Assembly: GCA_964016885.1 (NCBI GenBank)
Contig: OZ024746.1
Coordinates: forward strand, 85,622,001 to 85,686,000
Direction of reading: 5' to 3'
DNA from: Eledone cirrhosa
Taxonomy: Eukaryota
Length of the DNA: 64,000 bases
Shown: piece by piece, positions 13,815-27,330 of the stretch
How positions within the stretch are numbered: position 1 is the stretch's first letter
Layout: each line of letters opens with the position of its first letter
Notes under the pieces: generated by a model
Database searches by the model: none
What the model was told of the DNA's origin: nothing
Seen by the model: the letters and a program-made list of their open reading frames with translations, nothing else
Made by a program: the position numbers and the translations under genes

Positions 13815-13963
13815 TATATATATATATATATAGATATAGATATATATTTAAAGGTTAAACAAGGTTCAATGAATAAATCAAAGAATGAGTTTTACCTCTG
13901 AAATGTGTATAATAAAATATACTTGATCACACGAATATCTATTTTTGTTAATATTTTGAATTA

Positions 13964-14161
<198 letters not shown>

Positions 14162-15221
14162 CATCTATCTTTGGAAGCTGTTGAAATCAACACTGTAAAT
14201 CAACTCGGCAATTTCTCAGTGGTTCCATTGCAATCAGGTTATGATATTTAGTTGGTGATAAGTTTGTATCTTTCTCATAGACACGGAGTTGGCAGCAGGA
14301 TTCGAAGCACCGAACTTGTAGTTAAAAGTCCGATTAGTTTAAAACTTTGCCAATGTATTTGGCCAGTGACAATTGTCTACGTAGAAGTTATGGATCATAT
14401 TCGATCTTGGCTTATTATGTGCTAAGATCCAATTTCCCTTGCAATTGGAGTAAACGCAAGACTACTAACCGAGGTTTACACCTGATCACATGTAATCAGC
14501 TTACACTTGGCACCCAACAAGACTGAATTAAGTCCTGTTGAGACTCCAAGGACTTAAAAGATTAAGGTTCTCTTTCACCCCTACCTTGTATGTGTAAAAA
14601 ATATTTTGGGGAATGACAAATTTGACGAAAAGGATGCCCTTCTTCCTTTAATGCCTTAAGCATATGCTTATTTTATTTAAGGGTTAGATAAGAAAAAGGT
14701 GATCTGACACCTAGTTTTAATAAGGCAAACTACAGAATCAACTAGAGTTACGTAGTGTCAACAAACCAGACAATGTGTAAGGAATGCGAAGTCACGATCT
14801 ATGATTCGAGAACCTAACATTTAATTCTCTCTCTCTCCCCTTCTTCCCTTTCTTTCCCCCTCTCTCTCTTCCATTTCTCTATCTCTCCCCTCCCCTCTCT
14901 TCCCTTTCTCCATATATATCTCTTCCCTTTCTCCATATATATCTCTTCCCGCTTCTCTCTCCCTCTTTGTGTAATATTTTTTTAGATCCCAAGTCAGCTC
15001 CGACCGAGCGCACACCCATGATCAAAGAAAGGTGTTGATCAGTTTTGAGTGACCTTCCTTTTCTTAAGATAGTAAAGTTATATCCGAAGAAAGATTTAGC
15101 TTCTACTTCTAGCTGGTCAAGAGACCTCATAGATGTTTCCACTCTGTCTGTGTGTGCACACACGTGATAATCAGAAAACGAATGTGTGTGTGTATTTGTG
15201 TGTGTGTGTGTGGTGTGCGTG

Positions 15222-15262
<41 letters not shown>

Positions 15263-15308
15263 TTTGTGTGTGTGTGTGCGTGTGTGTGTATGTATGTGTG
15301 TGTGTGTC

Positions 15309-15343
<35 letters not shown>

Positions 15344-15360
15344 GTGTGTGTGTGTGTCTT

Positions 15361-15391
<31 letters not shown>

Positions 15392-15406
15392 GTGTGTGTG
15401 TGTGTC

Positions 15407-15449
<43 letters not shown>

Positions 15450-15466
15450 TTGTGTGTGTGTGTGTC

Positions 15467-15497
<31 letters not shown>

Positions 15498-15523
15498 CTT
15501 TGTGTGTGTGTGTGTGTATGTGC

Positions 15524-15592
<69 letters not shown>

Positions 15593-16055
15593 TGTGTGTG
15601 TGTGTGTGTCTTTTAAAGGTAAAGTGAAAGTTACAACTAAACAATTACAATAAGTAATTAGTGTTATTTAAATATTTTTTTATTCAAGCAACGTTATCGT
15701 TAAAAACTATCTTATCAAGAGGACATTATACACTATAATTATATTACTTAAGATTACAGCCTGACATAGATACAAAGTGACAAACTAAAATTGAGCTGAT
15801 TGTATTTCAATCGGGCAAAGTTTCTCAAAAGATAATTAAGTGATATTAAAACAAACAAACGAGGTGAACGAGGCAGACAGTTAAATAAAGTCAACATCCT
15901 TTTTATTTTTGTATGTTCAACTTCCCTACAAGCAATATCCGTTTGTTCCTTATTTTTATTTTTACATCATTGCATGTTTTCAACCTTTCTCTGTGAGTGC
16001 GTCTGTCTATCCGTCTGCCTGTCTCTCTGTCTCTCTCTGTCTGCCTGTCTCCCCC

Positions 16056-16128
<73 letters not shown>

Positions 16129-16129
16129 A

Positions 16130-16281
16130 GGGTTGTTCTATCGACGGGGTATTATTGTAACGCCTTCCCTTTATTAAATTTGTTTATTTTAATAATATTT
16201 TTACACGACTGTATGTAAAATCCCGGCATGTGTCTTTGTATTGTCCCCTTTTCTTGTGCGCCCTTGAGGCAAATAAAGAAA
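16130..16281 (+). mobile_element. Retroposon 3'-UTR-like repeat associated with (TCTA)n (other copies 26042-26218, 26290-26393)
   Basis: Shared GGTTGTTCTATCGACGGG...TTGTCCCCTTTTCTTGTGCGCCCTTG...AAATAAAGAAA, each followed by TCTA/TCTG repeats. Confidence 0.65.
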
Positions 16282-16298
16282 TAAATCTATCTATCAAT

Positions 16299-16417
<119 letters not shown>

Positions 16418-16882
16418 AATTCATCATCTCGCGCTCTTTCTCGCTCTTTCTCGCTTTATCTATTCTGAAAGTAATTTAATGAATATATATATTAAAAAAA
16501 AAAAATAATATATATATAATCATTATTATTGTGGCGATGGAGTATCAGAAGCGATAGAACCATATTAAATGCATTTCTTCAAGGTTAACGTCAACTTTCA
16601 TTAGTTGCAATAAAATTTATTCCTTCACCAGCGAGTGTAGGATGGGTTACTAAATGACATACTAAAAGGCTAATAAACTCCGACTAGTGCTACAATACCA
16701 AATTAATATGGCGTCCAAGATGACCACAGCACCATGTTGCGTTGTTCCGTTCATAACTTCTTAAGCTCTTTATCATTTGACTAATATGACGTTAATGAAT
16801 CCATTTATGATGTTAAAAAAATCATCTTAACTGACGTCCCTTGTTAACTTACGCGAAGAACGATACGGTTTGGATGCTTTCG

Positions 16883-17636
16883 TATCTATCATACTGCAAC
16901 TTTTGGTGGTCTTATCTATCATACTGCAACTTTTGGTGGTCTTATCTATCATACTGCAAGTTTTGGTGGTCTTATCTATCATACTGCAAGTTTTGGTGGT
17001 CTTATCTATCATACTGCAAGTTTTGGTGGTCTTATTTATCATACTGCAAGTTTTGGTGGTCTTATCTATCATACTGCAAGTTTTGGTGGTCTTATCTATC
17101 ATACTGCAAGTTTTGGTGGTCTTATCTATCATACTGCAAGTTTTGGTGGTCTTATTTATCATACTGCAAGTTTTGGTGGTCTTATCTATCATACTGCAAG
17201 TTTTGGTGGTCTTATCTATCATACTGCAAGTTTTGGTGGTCTTATTTATCATACTGCAAGTTTTGGTGGTCTTATCTATCATACTGCAAGTTTTGGTGGT
17301 CTTATCTATCATACTGCAACTTTTGGTGGTCTTATCTATCATACTGCAAGTTTTGGTGGTCTTATCTATCATACTGCAAGTTTTGGTGGTCTTATCTATC
17401 ATACTGCAAGTTTTGGTGGTCTTATCTATCATACTGCAACTTTTGGTGGTCTTATCTATCATACTGCAAGTTTTGGTGGTCTTATCTATCATACTGCAAG
17501 TTTTGGTGGTCTTATCTATCATACTGCAAGTTTTGGTGGTCTTATCTATCATACTGCAAGTTTTGTGGTCTTATCTATCATACTGCAACTTTTGGTGGTC
17601 TTATCTATCATACTGCAAGTTTTGGTGGTCTTATTT
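16883..17636. repeat. 30-bp minisatellite, about 25 copies
   Basis: Unit ATACTGCAAGTTTTGGTGGTCTTATCTATC; only two recurrent substitutions (CAAG/CAAC, ATCT/ATTT) and one 1-bp deletion near 17565. Confidence 0.97.
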
Positions 17637-18369
17637 GCGCCCGGTCACCAATTTGGTACATTTCTCAGTCCATTGAAGATTAAGGTTTTATTCCATCTCC
17701 CCTAGTAGCTTACCGCTGTTGGTCTGTGGTTGCTTATTCGTCTGGCAGAAGCCTGCTTATATCACAACTAACCTTCATAATAGGTAGAGCTGTTCTACTA
17801 GAGAACTAGTCACAGATAACGACAAAAATATTCATGCAATGTTTTGCTAACAATGTGAATCACTACACCTGTACTTTTGATGACTTTAAAACATTTCATG
17901 GCAAGAGTTTGACTGTAGCAATTTCATCAAGTACTCCAAACAGACAACCTACTTCTCAAATGCCAGCCACAGCTGATTATATAGCTGTAGATGGAAAGGT
18001 CAGCATGGAACATTTCCTTTCACAGATACAAGGAATGAAGGAGCTGCAATAGTACCAAGCTCAAGGATTGTAGAGAACCCCAATTAGTAATCCAGGGATT
18101 CTGTAAAGAACATCTGGATCATTGAAATGTCTGTCCCCTTATTAGACATGAATAATGCAAATGATTTGCTAGGGGTGACCATCCTAAAGAAATGTCTATT
18201 TAAGTACGAATAAAAAGTAAATATATAAATAAATAGCTCATAGAATTTTCTTTGGCCTCTAAAGTACAATCCTGAAATAGTTCTTATACGAATGTATGTG
18301 TGTGTGTGTGTGTGTGTGCATTTATGTATGCCTGTGTATATATGCATGTACGTACGTATGTATGTGTGG

Positions 18370-18660
18370 ATGCAGCAAATTCGAATGGTTAAGAAGTACA
18401 CTTTACAATCATCAGATATCGGGTTCAGTCCCACCTTATGACATCTTGGGCAAGTGTCATTTACCATAGCCTCGAGTTAACACAAGCCTTGGGAGTGAAA
18501 CTGGGTAGACAGAAACTGTTAAGAAGCCCAACTGATAAACTGTACGTGTAAGTCAAAAGGCCAGTCTTGTTACATACTGTGTCACACTGAATCTCCCCGA
18601 GAATTATACTATGGGTATATTTGTCTATAGAATGCTCAGTCACTGATTGAACAACTGGAA
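18370..18660 (+). mobile_element. tRNA-derived SINE with CORE-like body
   Basis: ATGGTTAAG A-box-like and GGGTTCAGTCCC B-box-like motifs followed by ATCTTGGGCAAGTGTC. Its 3' part is shared with 52560-52680 and with 56255-56375 (minus). Confidence 0.65.
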
Positions 18661-18706
18661 CACTCATCGTCGAAACCGATGGAGATCCATTTCTTTCTAT
18701 ATGTAG

Positions 18707-18795
<89 letters not shown>

Positions 18796-19173
18796 CGCAC
18801 ACGCATAAATACATCCGCACATACATCTATGTATTCACCCATTTTTCTTTTCGTGTCTATTAAAAAGAAATGCCAATGTCTTAAAAGAAATGTATATAAA
18901 AGTACCATAGTTATTTTCAAAAATATAATTCAAGTTTTCGCTTTGATGTAAATGCACCACAGCAATATGGCGCGTCACGCGACGCTATAAGAGATGGCGC
19001 TGACTTCGTCGTTTTGGGTTTTATCTTCGTTACAAATTACAAAGCAATATCAATTGTTTAACAGATGAAGTTTGTCGTCAAACGCTTTTGATTGCAATAT
19101 CTTATATTTGATATGGGACACTGATAGTTTTTCTACACTGCGTACTAGTATGTGGTGTGTGTGTGTGTGTGTG

Positions 19174-19271
<98 letters not shown>

Positions 19272-20289
19272 AAACAAAGAAGCAGAAATAGAGAGAGAGC
19301 GCGTGTGTGTGTGATATATATATATATATTTTTATATATATATATAGAGAGAGAGAAGTAATGAGTGAGGGGCGAATACATAATATTTGGTTAAGAGCTA
19401 CGGCGCACTTTTCAAACCATTTAAATTTAACCACCAATTGTGTGCTTTTTCTCACGATGGAATTTGACTACATTCCTCTTTAGTTGGTCACATGATGCTG
19501 CCATAGTGTGGAACTACTACTACCGCCGTAGTGGCGTTAAGTTTGGTTTCTGCCGGTATCTCGGACAAGTTCCCATGCTAGAATTTAGGAGTGAACTCCG
19601 CTGAAAAGTCACCCCGTTGGTCCTGACTACCAGGACTTTCTTAAATATTTTTATTCGGAAATAACACATGGTTTCTGTGTGAGATGTTTTGCTAATACAT
19701 CAACTGCACATAGGACGTAGCAACAAACCTGTACAGTTCGGAGCATTCTCTATGTTCCAACACTAACCTGTTTATCCACTATGTAACGTATTGTATCCAC
19801 TCTGATATGCATGTTCATATTTACAACGATTTTTGTAAATTCATTGAGTGAGTGGATATCGGTAATTCTAGACGAAAGGGTGAAGAATGTGAATTAAAAG
19901 AAATAAAGAACTATAACTTCGTAATCACCTCATCAGTTTCCTTCTAGCCCAACTGGATTTAGCGCGGAGAAAAAGGAAGTATCATGTACTTAAGGCTAGT
20001 CCGCGCAACGGAATCAACATTTCTGTTGGTATGACGCTAGTAAAAGAGAAACAAAATAAGACAAAAGGCAACCTATACATTGAGTTCTCGTTTTTGATAT
20101 TTTCTAGTATTCAAAGTCATATAAGCTACTGATGCAGTTGTAGTTTCGGTCACATCGTATGCATTAAAACCCTAGCATTTAAACTTACACTCGATGGCTG
20201 AAGAAGCAATCATTGTTTTCCATCTGTCACTGTTTGATGTGTTTTTGTCCTTGTTGCCCTTATTTTGTTGGTGCTACTGGTAACATGTA

Positions 20290-21210
20290 TCCAGTACAAC
20301 CTGTCTCATGGTCGGGTCGTTGGCGACTAAACTGGCAACCCCACCAAGGTTTCTTGGTGAGGAGGGTGACTTTGGACATCCTGCAGGACTAAAAACAAAA
20401 CCTGTCAAAGGGCAAAGGAGCTCTTAAGAGTCAATGGCCATCCAAATCACTGGGAGAGATGACCCCTTAGCCTTTGTCAAGGCAGAATTCTAGGAGAAGG
20501 AAAACTCTGATATAACACCTGCAACCCTGATGGTATCCAATGATGTTGACTTGTTCTTCTTTTTGATAAATATCATCTTGGTTAAGAGAGTGGGACTGGC
20601 TTTGTGCAGTGCCTTTACTCACTATAAAAGCTTCACGGCACAGGCATTGCTTTATATCTGGAGATCTCTCTGCACTTGTCGTCACATGGTACCATGGGCC
20701 CAGCACTATGTGTCAATAATTGTCACAAGTGTAGTGTTTGTGCCAGAGTTTTCATGTTGCAGGCTGGACTAAAAAGTCACACTCGTTCAGCGCATCAATA
20801 GGGTTTCTCCCTACATGGATATAAAGTAGTGGCCATACTCGAAAACGAGTTGGCAGCCACCATGTATGTATGTATGTATGTATGTATGTATGATGTTGAC
20901 TTGTTCTTCTTTTTGGTAAATATCATCTTGGTTAAGAGAGTGGGACTGGCTTTGTACAGTGCCTGTGCTCACTATAAAAGCTTCACGGTACAGGCATTGT
21001 TTTATATCTGGAGATCTCTCTGCACTTGTCGTCACATGGTACCATGGGCCCAGCACTATGTGTCAATAATTGTCACAAGTGTAGTGTTTGTACCAGAGTT
21101 TTCAAGTCGCTGGCTGGACTAAAAAGTCACACTCGTTCAGCGCATCGGGAGGGGTTTTCCTACATGGATATAAAGTAGTGGCCGTACTTGAAAACGAGTT
21201 GGCAGCCACC
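20290..21210 (+). mobile_element. Non-autonomous RTE-derived element with tandemly duplicated 3' half and (TGTA)n tails
   Basis: RTE 5'UTR hallmark CTAGGAGAAGGAAAACTCTGA near 20490; segment 20542-20861 repeated at 20892-21210; each copy ends GGCAGCCACC+(ATGT)n. Confidence 0.7.
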
Positions 21211-21803
21211 ATGTATGTATGTATGTATGTAGGTATGCATGCATGCATGTATGTATGTATGTATGTATGTATGTATGTATGTATGTATGTATGTATGGAT
21301 GGATGGATGGATGTATGGATGGATGTATGGATGGATGTATGGATGTATGTATTTTTGAAGTACACACATGTATGCACATACAATTCGATAATTGCGTGTA
21401 TGAGTTAAATTTTTAATGTGTGTGTGTGTGTGTGTGCATATTTGTGTGTGTCTGATATATATAGAGAGGTAGAGAGAAGGGATATAAAGAGATAGATAGT
21501 GAAAGGTAGATTGTCTGATGTTTGTGTAAGATCTGCTATGCTGTAGGGTAGAGATGGAAAATATTAATAGATAAAAAGAGTAAGACATACATATCTATAT
21601 GGAGTTAGCCTAGAAGGTATATAAAATGATTAGAGGCCTTTGAAGAAAGAGATGATATCATATTTACATATTTTCGGTGTTCCTTTGATGATATGCTGCA
21701 CAGCGTTGTCTAGAGTATTATTGCATGGGATTCGTACACACATATACAACAGTTGTTAGAATAAGCACACTCAGACACACTGCACAAAAATACGCACACC
21801 TGC

Positions 21804-21889
<86 letters not shown>

Positions 21890-22051
21890 GCAGGTGTTGT
21901 ATATGTGTGTACGAAACCCATTATTATTATTAATATTATTATTATTATTATTCTCTACATTCCTTACATCAAACTAAAATATGTTGACAATCTTTTAATA
22001 ATGTCTTCCTTGTGAAATTTGTGGTCTTGTTTTGCTTAACTGATGAATATA

Positions 22052-22117
<66 letters not shown>

Positions 22118-22200
22118 TATGCCATTTTTACTTCCGTACTACATGGATTTTAACAGCATTATTGACCTTTGCATGGATTTTAACAGCATTATTGACCTTT

Positions 22201-22385
22201 GGATTGGCAGTATCGGTAGAGGGTCGGACGCCATGCTTTGAAGCATAGAGTTACCTCCCTGTATGATCTGAATTCAAATCCCGTTGAGGTTAACTTTGCC
22301 TTTCATCCTTACGGGGTCGATAAAATAAAGTACCAGTAATGCACTGGGTAATTGCTGGCCTTGTGCCAAAAGTAGAAATAATTAT
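22201..22385 (+). mobile_element. Nin/Deu-core SINE
   Basis: Same core: GAGGTTAACTTTGCCTTTCATCCTTACGGGGTCGATAAAATAAAGTACC. Confidence 0.8.
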
Positions 22386-22419
22386 TGACCTTACCATAGA
22401 CAAGTAGATACCAGAGTAT

Positions 22420-22705
22420 ACATACATGATGGCTGCCCCCTCGTTATCGAGTATGGCCATTGCACGATATAACATTATTAATAATTATCTATTAATGCTA
22501 TCGTGCAATGCTTGTGCGTGAAGAATTTTTTAAAGTGAGGAACGACTGTGCACTGAGCCAATCCCACTCTCTGAGCGACAGTAGCTATAACCTGAAAAGA
22601 AAAAAAGATCAACATCATCGGTAACTACTGAGCCACAGGTTTTATATCGGAGTTATCCCAGTTTCCTGAGTTGCCTTCTCCTAGAAGAATGCCCTGACAA
22701 AGGCA
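22420..22705 (-). mobile_element. Diverged relative of the RTE-derived (TGTA)n-tailed element
   Basis: Minus strand has CTAGGAGAAGGCAACTC and ends TGGCCATACTCGATAACGAGGGGGCAGCCATCATGTAT. Confidence 0.6.
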
Positions 22706-23730
22706 TACATGCATACGTGCATGCATTCATACATACATGCATACATACATACATACATACATACATACATACATACATACATACATACATACATACATAC
22801 ATACATACTCTCTAATAAAATTATTTTTATTTTTGTTCGAACTTTCTTTCAACTTTTCCTCAAAAAGTCATCATATTGATTTTGCAAAAAAATAGACAAT
22901 CAATTGAAGTTCGATAAGTATAAATATGACAATCACTATACACAATATTATTATTGTATTTAGAGTGTCGGGAGAATGCTTGGCGTTTTTAGTTCCGACT
23001 CTTTACGGTCTGATTCGATTCACCAAACCTGGTATGTCACACAAGTGGCCAGCCTACAAGCGAACAGATAAGGAACCGCCTTTCACCATGAACGCAACCA
23101 AGGCTTTACTCTCTTTGAGCATCTAAAGTAATAGGTACATGTCTGTGTGTTTATGAATCTCAGAATAATGCTCGTAAAAGTAATTAACTAGTGAACATAA
23201 AATATATACTCCATAATCATCATTTATATATATTGAGGGCGGCCGACCGAGGTAGAAGCTGCTAAATAGTCGGTCGTCCTCTTGTCTCTGATTTTCAGCC
23301 CCATGGATTTTATCTGTTATATTCCTTTGTTATATTTTGAATACCTGATGATGTCACCGGATTCATACTGAACCCGGTCATTAAAATGATCATGATATAA
23401 TAAACCTTTCAAGGATTTACACCAGTCCAGCCTCCTGTTATTTTATAATAATTAACTCCGTACTCGCACCACCAACTACACTAACGAAGACGGGTGAGTT
23501 GCATTACGTTGAGTGCTCTTCATAATATTACATCGAGGTTGACCATACGGAATGACCAGTTCTATCCAGTGGTGAACCAACAAACCTTAATAAATAAATA
23601 AATATATATATATATATATAAAGGTTTACATATATATATATATATATATATAAAGTCATAGATATATATGTGTTTTGCAACGGGTCACGTTGTGGCTCAA
23701 TGAAGAATTAATAAATTAAATAATCAGAGC

Positions 23731-24258
23731 TATATATCATAAAACATGTTTATAGAATCACCAGATAAAATATATACCGTTTCCTCTCCCAATTAGCATA
23801 ATTAACTATATAAAAAATCAATTAAACCAGGCTATAAGAATAAAGGCTCCTATGAAGAAATCTCCAACAAATAACCGAAAGCAACCCCTTCGCGGTGGTT
23901 ACGACGGAGCATTTATCGGACATTTCGACAGCATGTATAAATCGACCAGATATACAGTCAACCAAATATAATTAGGTGTAAAATAAACTTGGAAGAAATG
24001 TGTACATATTTATTTTACTCCTAATTATGTTTGGTTGACTGTATATCTGGTCGTTTTATACATGCTGTCGAAATGTCCGATAAATGCTCCGTCGTAACCA
24101 CCGCGAAGGGGTTGCTTTCGGTTATTTGTTGGAGATTTCTTAATAGGAGCCTTTATTCTTATAGCCTGGTCTAATTGATTTTTTATATAGTTAATTATGC
24201 TAATTGGGAGAGGAAACGGTATATATTTTATCTGGTGATTCTATAGACATGTTTTATG

Positions 24259-24266
<8 letters not shown>
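23731..24266. repeat. Long inverted repeat (~257-bp arms, ~21-nt spacer) next to (TA)n
   Basis: 23731-23987 is the reverse complement of 24009-24266 with only a few mismatches. Confidence 0.95.
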
Positions 24267-24289
<23 letters not shown>

Positions 24290-24637
24290 CGTATACACAC
24301 ACATACACACACACATAAATATCATTATCTATAAAAGGCAGATCGTTGTTGTTGTTGTTGTGTGTGTGTGTGTGTGCATGTTCCATATTTATATATTTGC
24401 ACAATTTCAAACCGATTCGACGCAAAGTCTGTAAGGATGATGTAAATGGTCTAACTTAAGCCAACGACTCTTTATTTCATTCAAACTCACCCACAATTAC
24501 GGAAATAATCGATAAAACTAAATACATGACGCTTTACCCCTCTAATACAATCTGAACCCTCTCTCTACTCCCCTTAAAATTCGATAAAACTACATACATG
24601 CTGCAACTTTCTCTTATATACGATTAAACTTACAAAC

Positions 24638-24793
<156 letters not shown>

Positions 24794-24995
24794 TTTGTTT
24801 TTGAGTGAGGAACGGTCAAACATTTATTTACTTCAATGACAAAGAGAACTTATTACATTTCATACGAAACAACAATTATTTAAAAGCAACAGATACATTT
24901 ATTCAACAACAAAAAAAATACCGATAAATCTTTTTTAAAACATCTATCAACGAACGTGGAAGAAAGAAGTATCAGTTCATTTACTATACACAATA

Positions 24996-25180
24996 ATATC
25001 CTCTACGAGGTCACTAAACCTGCTAGAAACAGCAGCTAACTCTCCCCCATATCACACCCCTCCCTACTGTCTTAAATTTAGAAAACATATCCTCTATGAG
25101 GTCACTAAACCTGCTAGAAACAGCAGCTAACTCTCCCCCCATATCACACCACTCCCTACTGTCTTAAATTTAGAAAACAC
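24996..25180 (+). repeat. ~92-bp tandem duplication of a dispersed repeat
   Basis: ATATCCTCTA(C/T)GAGGTCACTAAACCTGCTAGAAACAGCAGC...TTAGAAAACA occurs twice; the family also appears near 555, 1480, 5800(-), 9120, 28870 and 39410. Confidence 0.85.
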
Positions 25181-25189
25181 ACATTAGAC

Positions 25190-25477
25190 AACCATGCAGA
25201 ACAACTCCATCGCAGCTCTGTTGTTCGGCTGGCATCGGCTACGCGCGTGTTGCGCAAGTACTGTGAAACAATAAATTTCAACACTTCTTTGCACAGAGAT
25301 AATATCCATAGGCGAAACTACAATTGTCACTGCTGGCGCAGCTCCTGCTTCGGCAATCCAGGTCTGCAATTCATTCACCCAGTGCCTGGCAGACAAAAAA
25401 GTGTTGCCATAAAATGGGTGGTGCAACCTAACTTTGGTAACTTACTGACCCTGAGCAACACCGGGCTTTAATGCTAG
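25190..25477 (+). mobile_element. Helitron-type 3' terminus
   Basis: GC-rich subterminal hairpin CCCTGAGCAACACCGGG followed after a short spacer by CTAG|T (25474-25477); 5' limit uncertain. Confidence 0.6.
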
Positions 25478-25505
<28 letters not shown>

Positions 25506-25508
<3 letters not shown>

Positions 25509-25600
25509 TCTGTTCGTCTTTTACGCGAATTTAAAGTACGCGAATTTGCTTTACACACCGCGTTCACGATCGCTTCTTCGCGTAAAAAGTGAAAACACTG
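25506..25600. mobile_element. Tigger/pogo-like MITE
   Basis: TA on both flanks; TIRs CAGTCTGTTCGTCTTTTACGCGAA / TTCGCGTAAAAAGTGAAAACACTG. Confidence 0.7.
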
Positions 25601-25684
25601 TATATATGTGCATAGGGATAGGAGTAAAAACATATTTGTTTATGTGTATTTATGTATGTATGTATGTATGTATGTATGTATGTA

Positions 25685-25768
<84 letters not shown>

Positions 25769-25818
25769 CCTGTGTATATACATATGTATGAGTGTGTGTG
25801 TATGTGTGTGCGTGTGTA

Positions 25819-25874
<56 letters not shown>

Positions 25875-26396
25875 CATAATGCGTCGTAGACACATATACC
25901 TACCTACCTATTTTGATATCTGTCTGGTGTCAATTTGAAAGTTACGTTTTAATTAGAATGTATATATGAACAAACAACTATCTTTCACTGTACTTTTAAA
26001 AACAAGTAGGTCTGTATTTTCTATCTATCTCCTGAAGTTGAAGGTTGTTCTATCGACGGGATATTAAACAACCCATTTGTAACGCCTCCCCCTATTGGGA
26101 ATTTCGATTGTTATATTTTAATATTAAAACCCTTTTTACACGACTGTATGTAAAATCCCCGCCACATGTCTTTGTATTGTCCCCTTTTCTTGTGCGCCCT
26201 TGTGGCAAATAAAGAAATATGTCTATCTATCTATCTGTCAGTCTATCTGACTGTTTATCTATCTATCTATCTATCTACCTATCTATATTTTTAAATTGCA
26301 TTTGTGATAATATTTTACACGTTTTTATTGTATGTAAACTTCCCCCTTTGTATTTGTCCCCTTCTTTTGTGCCCTTGTGGCTAATAAAGAAACATA

Positions 26397-26459
<63 letters not shown>

Positions 26460-26829
26460 GTCTGTCAGTTTGTCTGTCTATTTAATTAGTCACTTGTTTA
26501 TCTTGCCCAACCTCCGAGAATTCAAGATGGTTGCTAGCTGCATTAAGACAGCTATTTTCTTTTTAGACAAGACAGTTCCAGCGATTTGGAAATGTGTGAA
26601 TGATCAGTATTTGCTAGCGTGTATATATATATATATATATGTGTGTACTTACAGTCATGTGTGTGTGTGTATATATGTGTGTGTGTGTATGTGTATGTGT
26701 GTGTGGGGGGTGTGTGTGTGTGGCTGTGTGTGTAAGTGTGTGTGTATGTGTGTGTGTATGTGTGTTTGTGTGTACACACACATACGTACCCTATGCACGC
26801 ATGTTATTGAGTGCAATGCGTTCATTCTA

Positions 26830-27330
26830 GGTAACTCAAATGGATAACCTTTGGAATGTTTTCAAAATATTCATTGTACCACCAACTGATCGGATATGGA
26901 CGATGCAGGCTCGTGTGCTTTGTTTTCTCCCATCAATTACAGATTTTTATGCCACAAGTCTATAATATAATTATTATGCTATAAATCCAAGAATCTATAG
27001 CCAGGATACAATAACTGTAAGTTTAACATTAGTTTACTATAGATGTCTTTTTATTTTTCAAGCTTAGGTGATACTCTCACATCCATTGATTAGTCACTTT
27101 TGTTCTCTGTTCCATAGAACTATATCAAGTCTATTTTGTTAGCACGGGATTGCCGTTTTTATTGGAATATTCCATCGGTATTCCTTATTCTATCACAACG
27201 TAGAGGTTTCGAGGTGTTCTTAACTGATCTTATAGATCAGATAGCAAAGTTGTATCCTAACTAGGGTCTGATGTTTCTATCTTAAGTCCAGGAGGAACTT
27301 TTCCTGTCAATACTGTTGATCTCCATTAGA
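26830..27330 (-). pseudogene. Decayed BEL/Pao LTR-retrotransposon C-terminal (DUF5641-like) fragment
   Basis: Minus-strand pieces NQWM*EYHLSL, SVIDGRKQSTRACIVHIRS and GYPFELP occur in the order of the W.RW..EYL..L / G.DG..R...V / LYPLE motifs; stops and frameshifts present. Confidence 0.45.

Noticed and set aside
14285-14345. tRNA-like B-box (TTCGAATCCTGC) on the minus strand
   Set aside because: No complete cloverleaf; at most a decayed SINE head. No true tRNA or rRNA genes were seen in the window.
16883-17636. 30-bp repeats as a CRISPR array
   Set aside because: Units are contiguous with no unique spacers, there are no cas genes, and the context is eukaryotic.
17834-18052. 72-aa non-repetitive ORF
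   Set aside because: No recognisable domain or exon structure.
20300-20380. HDV-like ribozyme at the RTE 5' end
   Set aside because: Known in some RTEs, but I could not assemble the nested double pseudoknot by eye; it needs a descriptor search.
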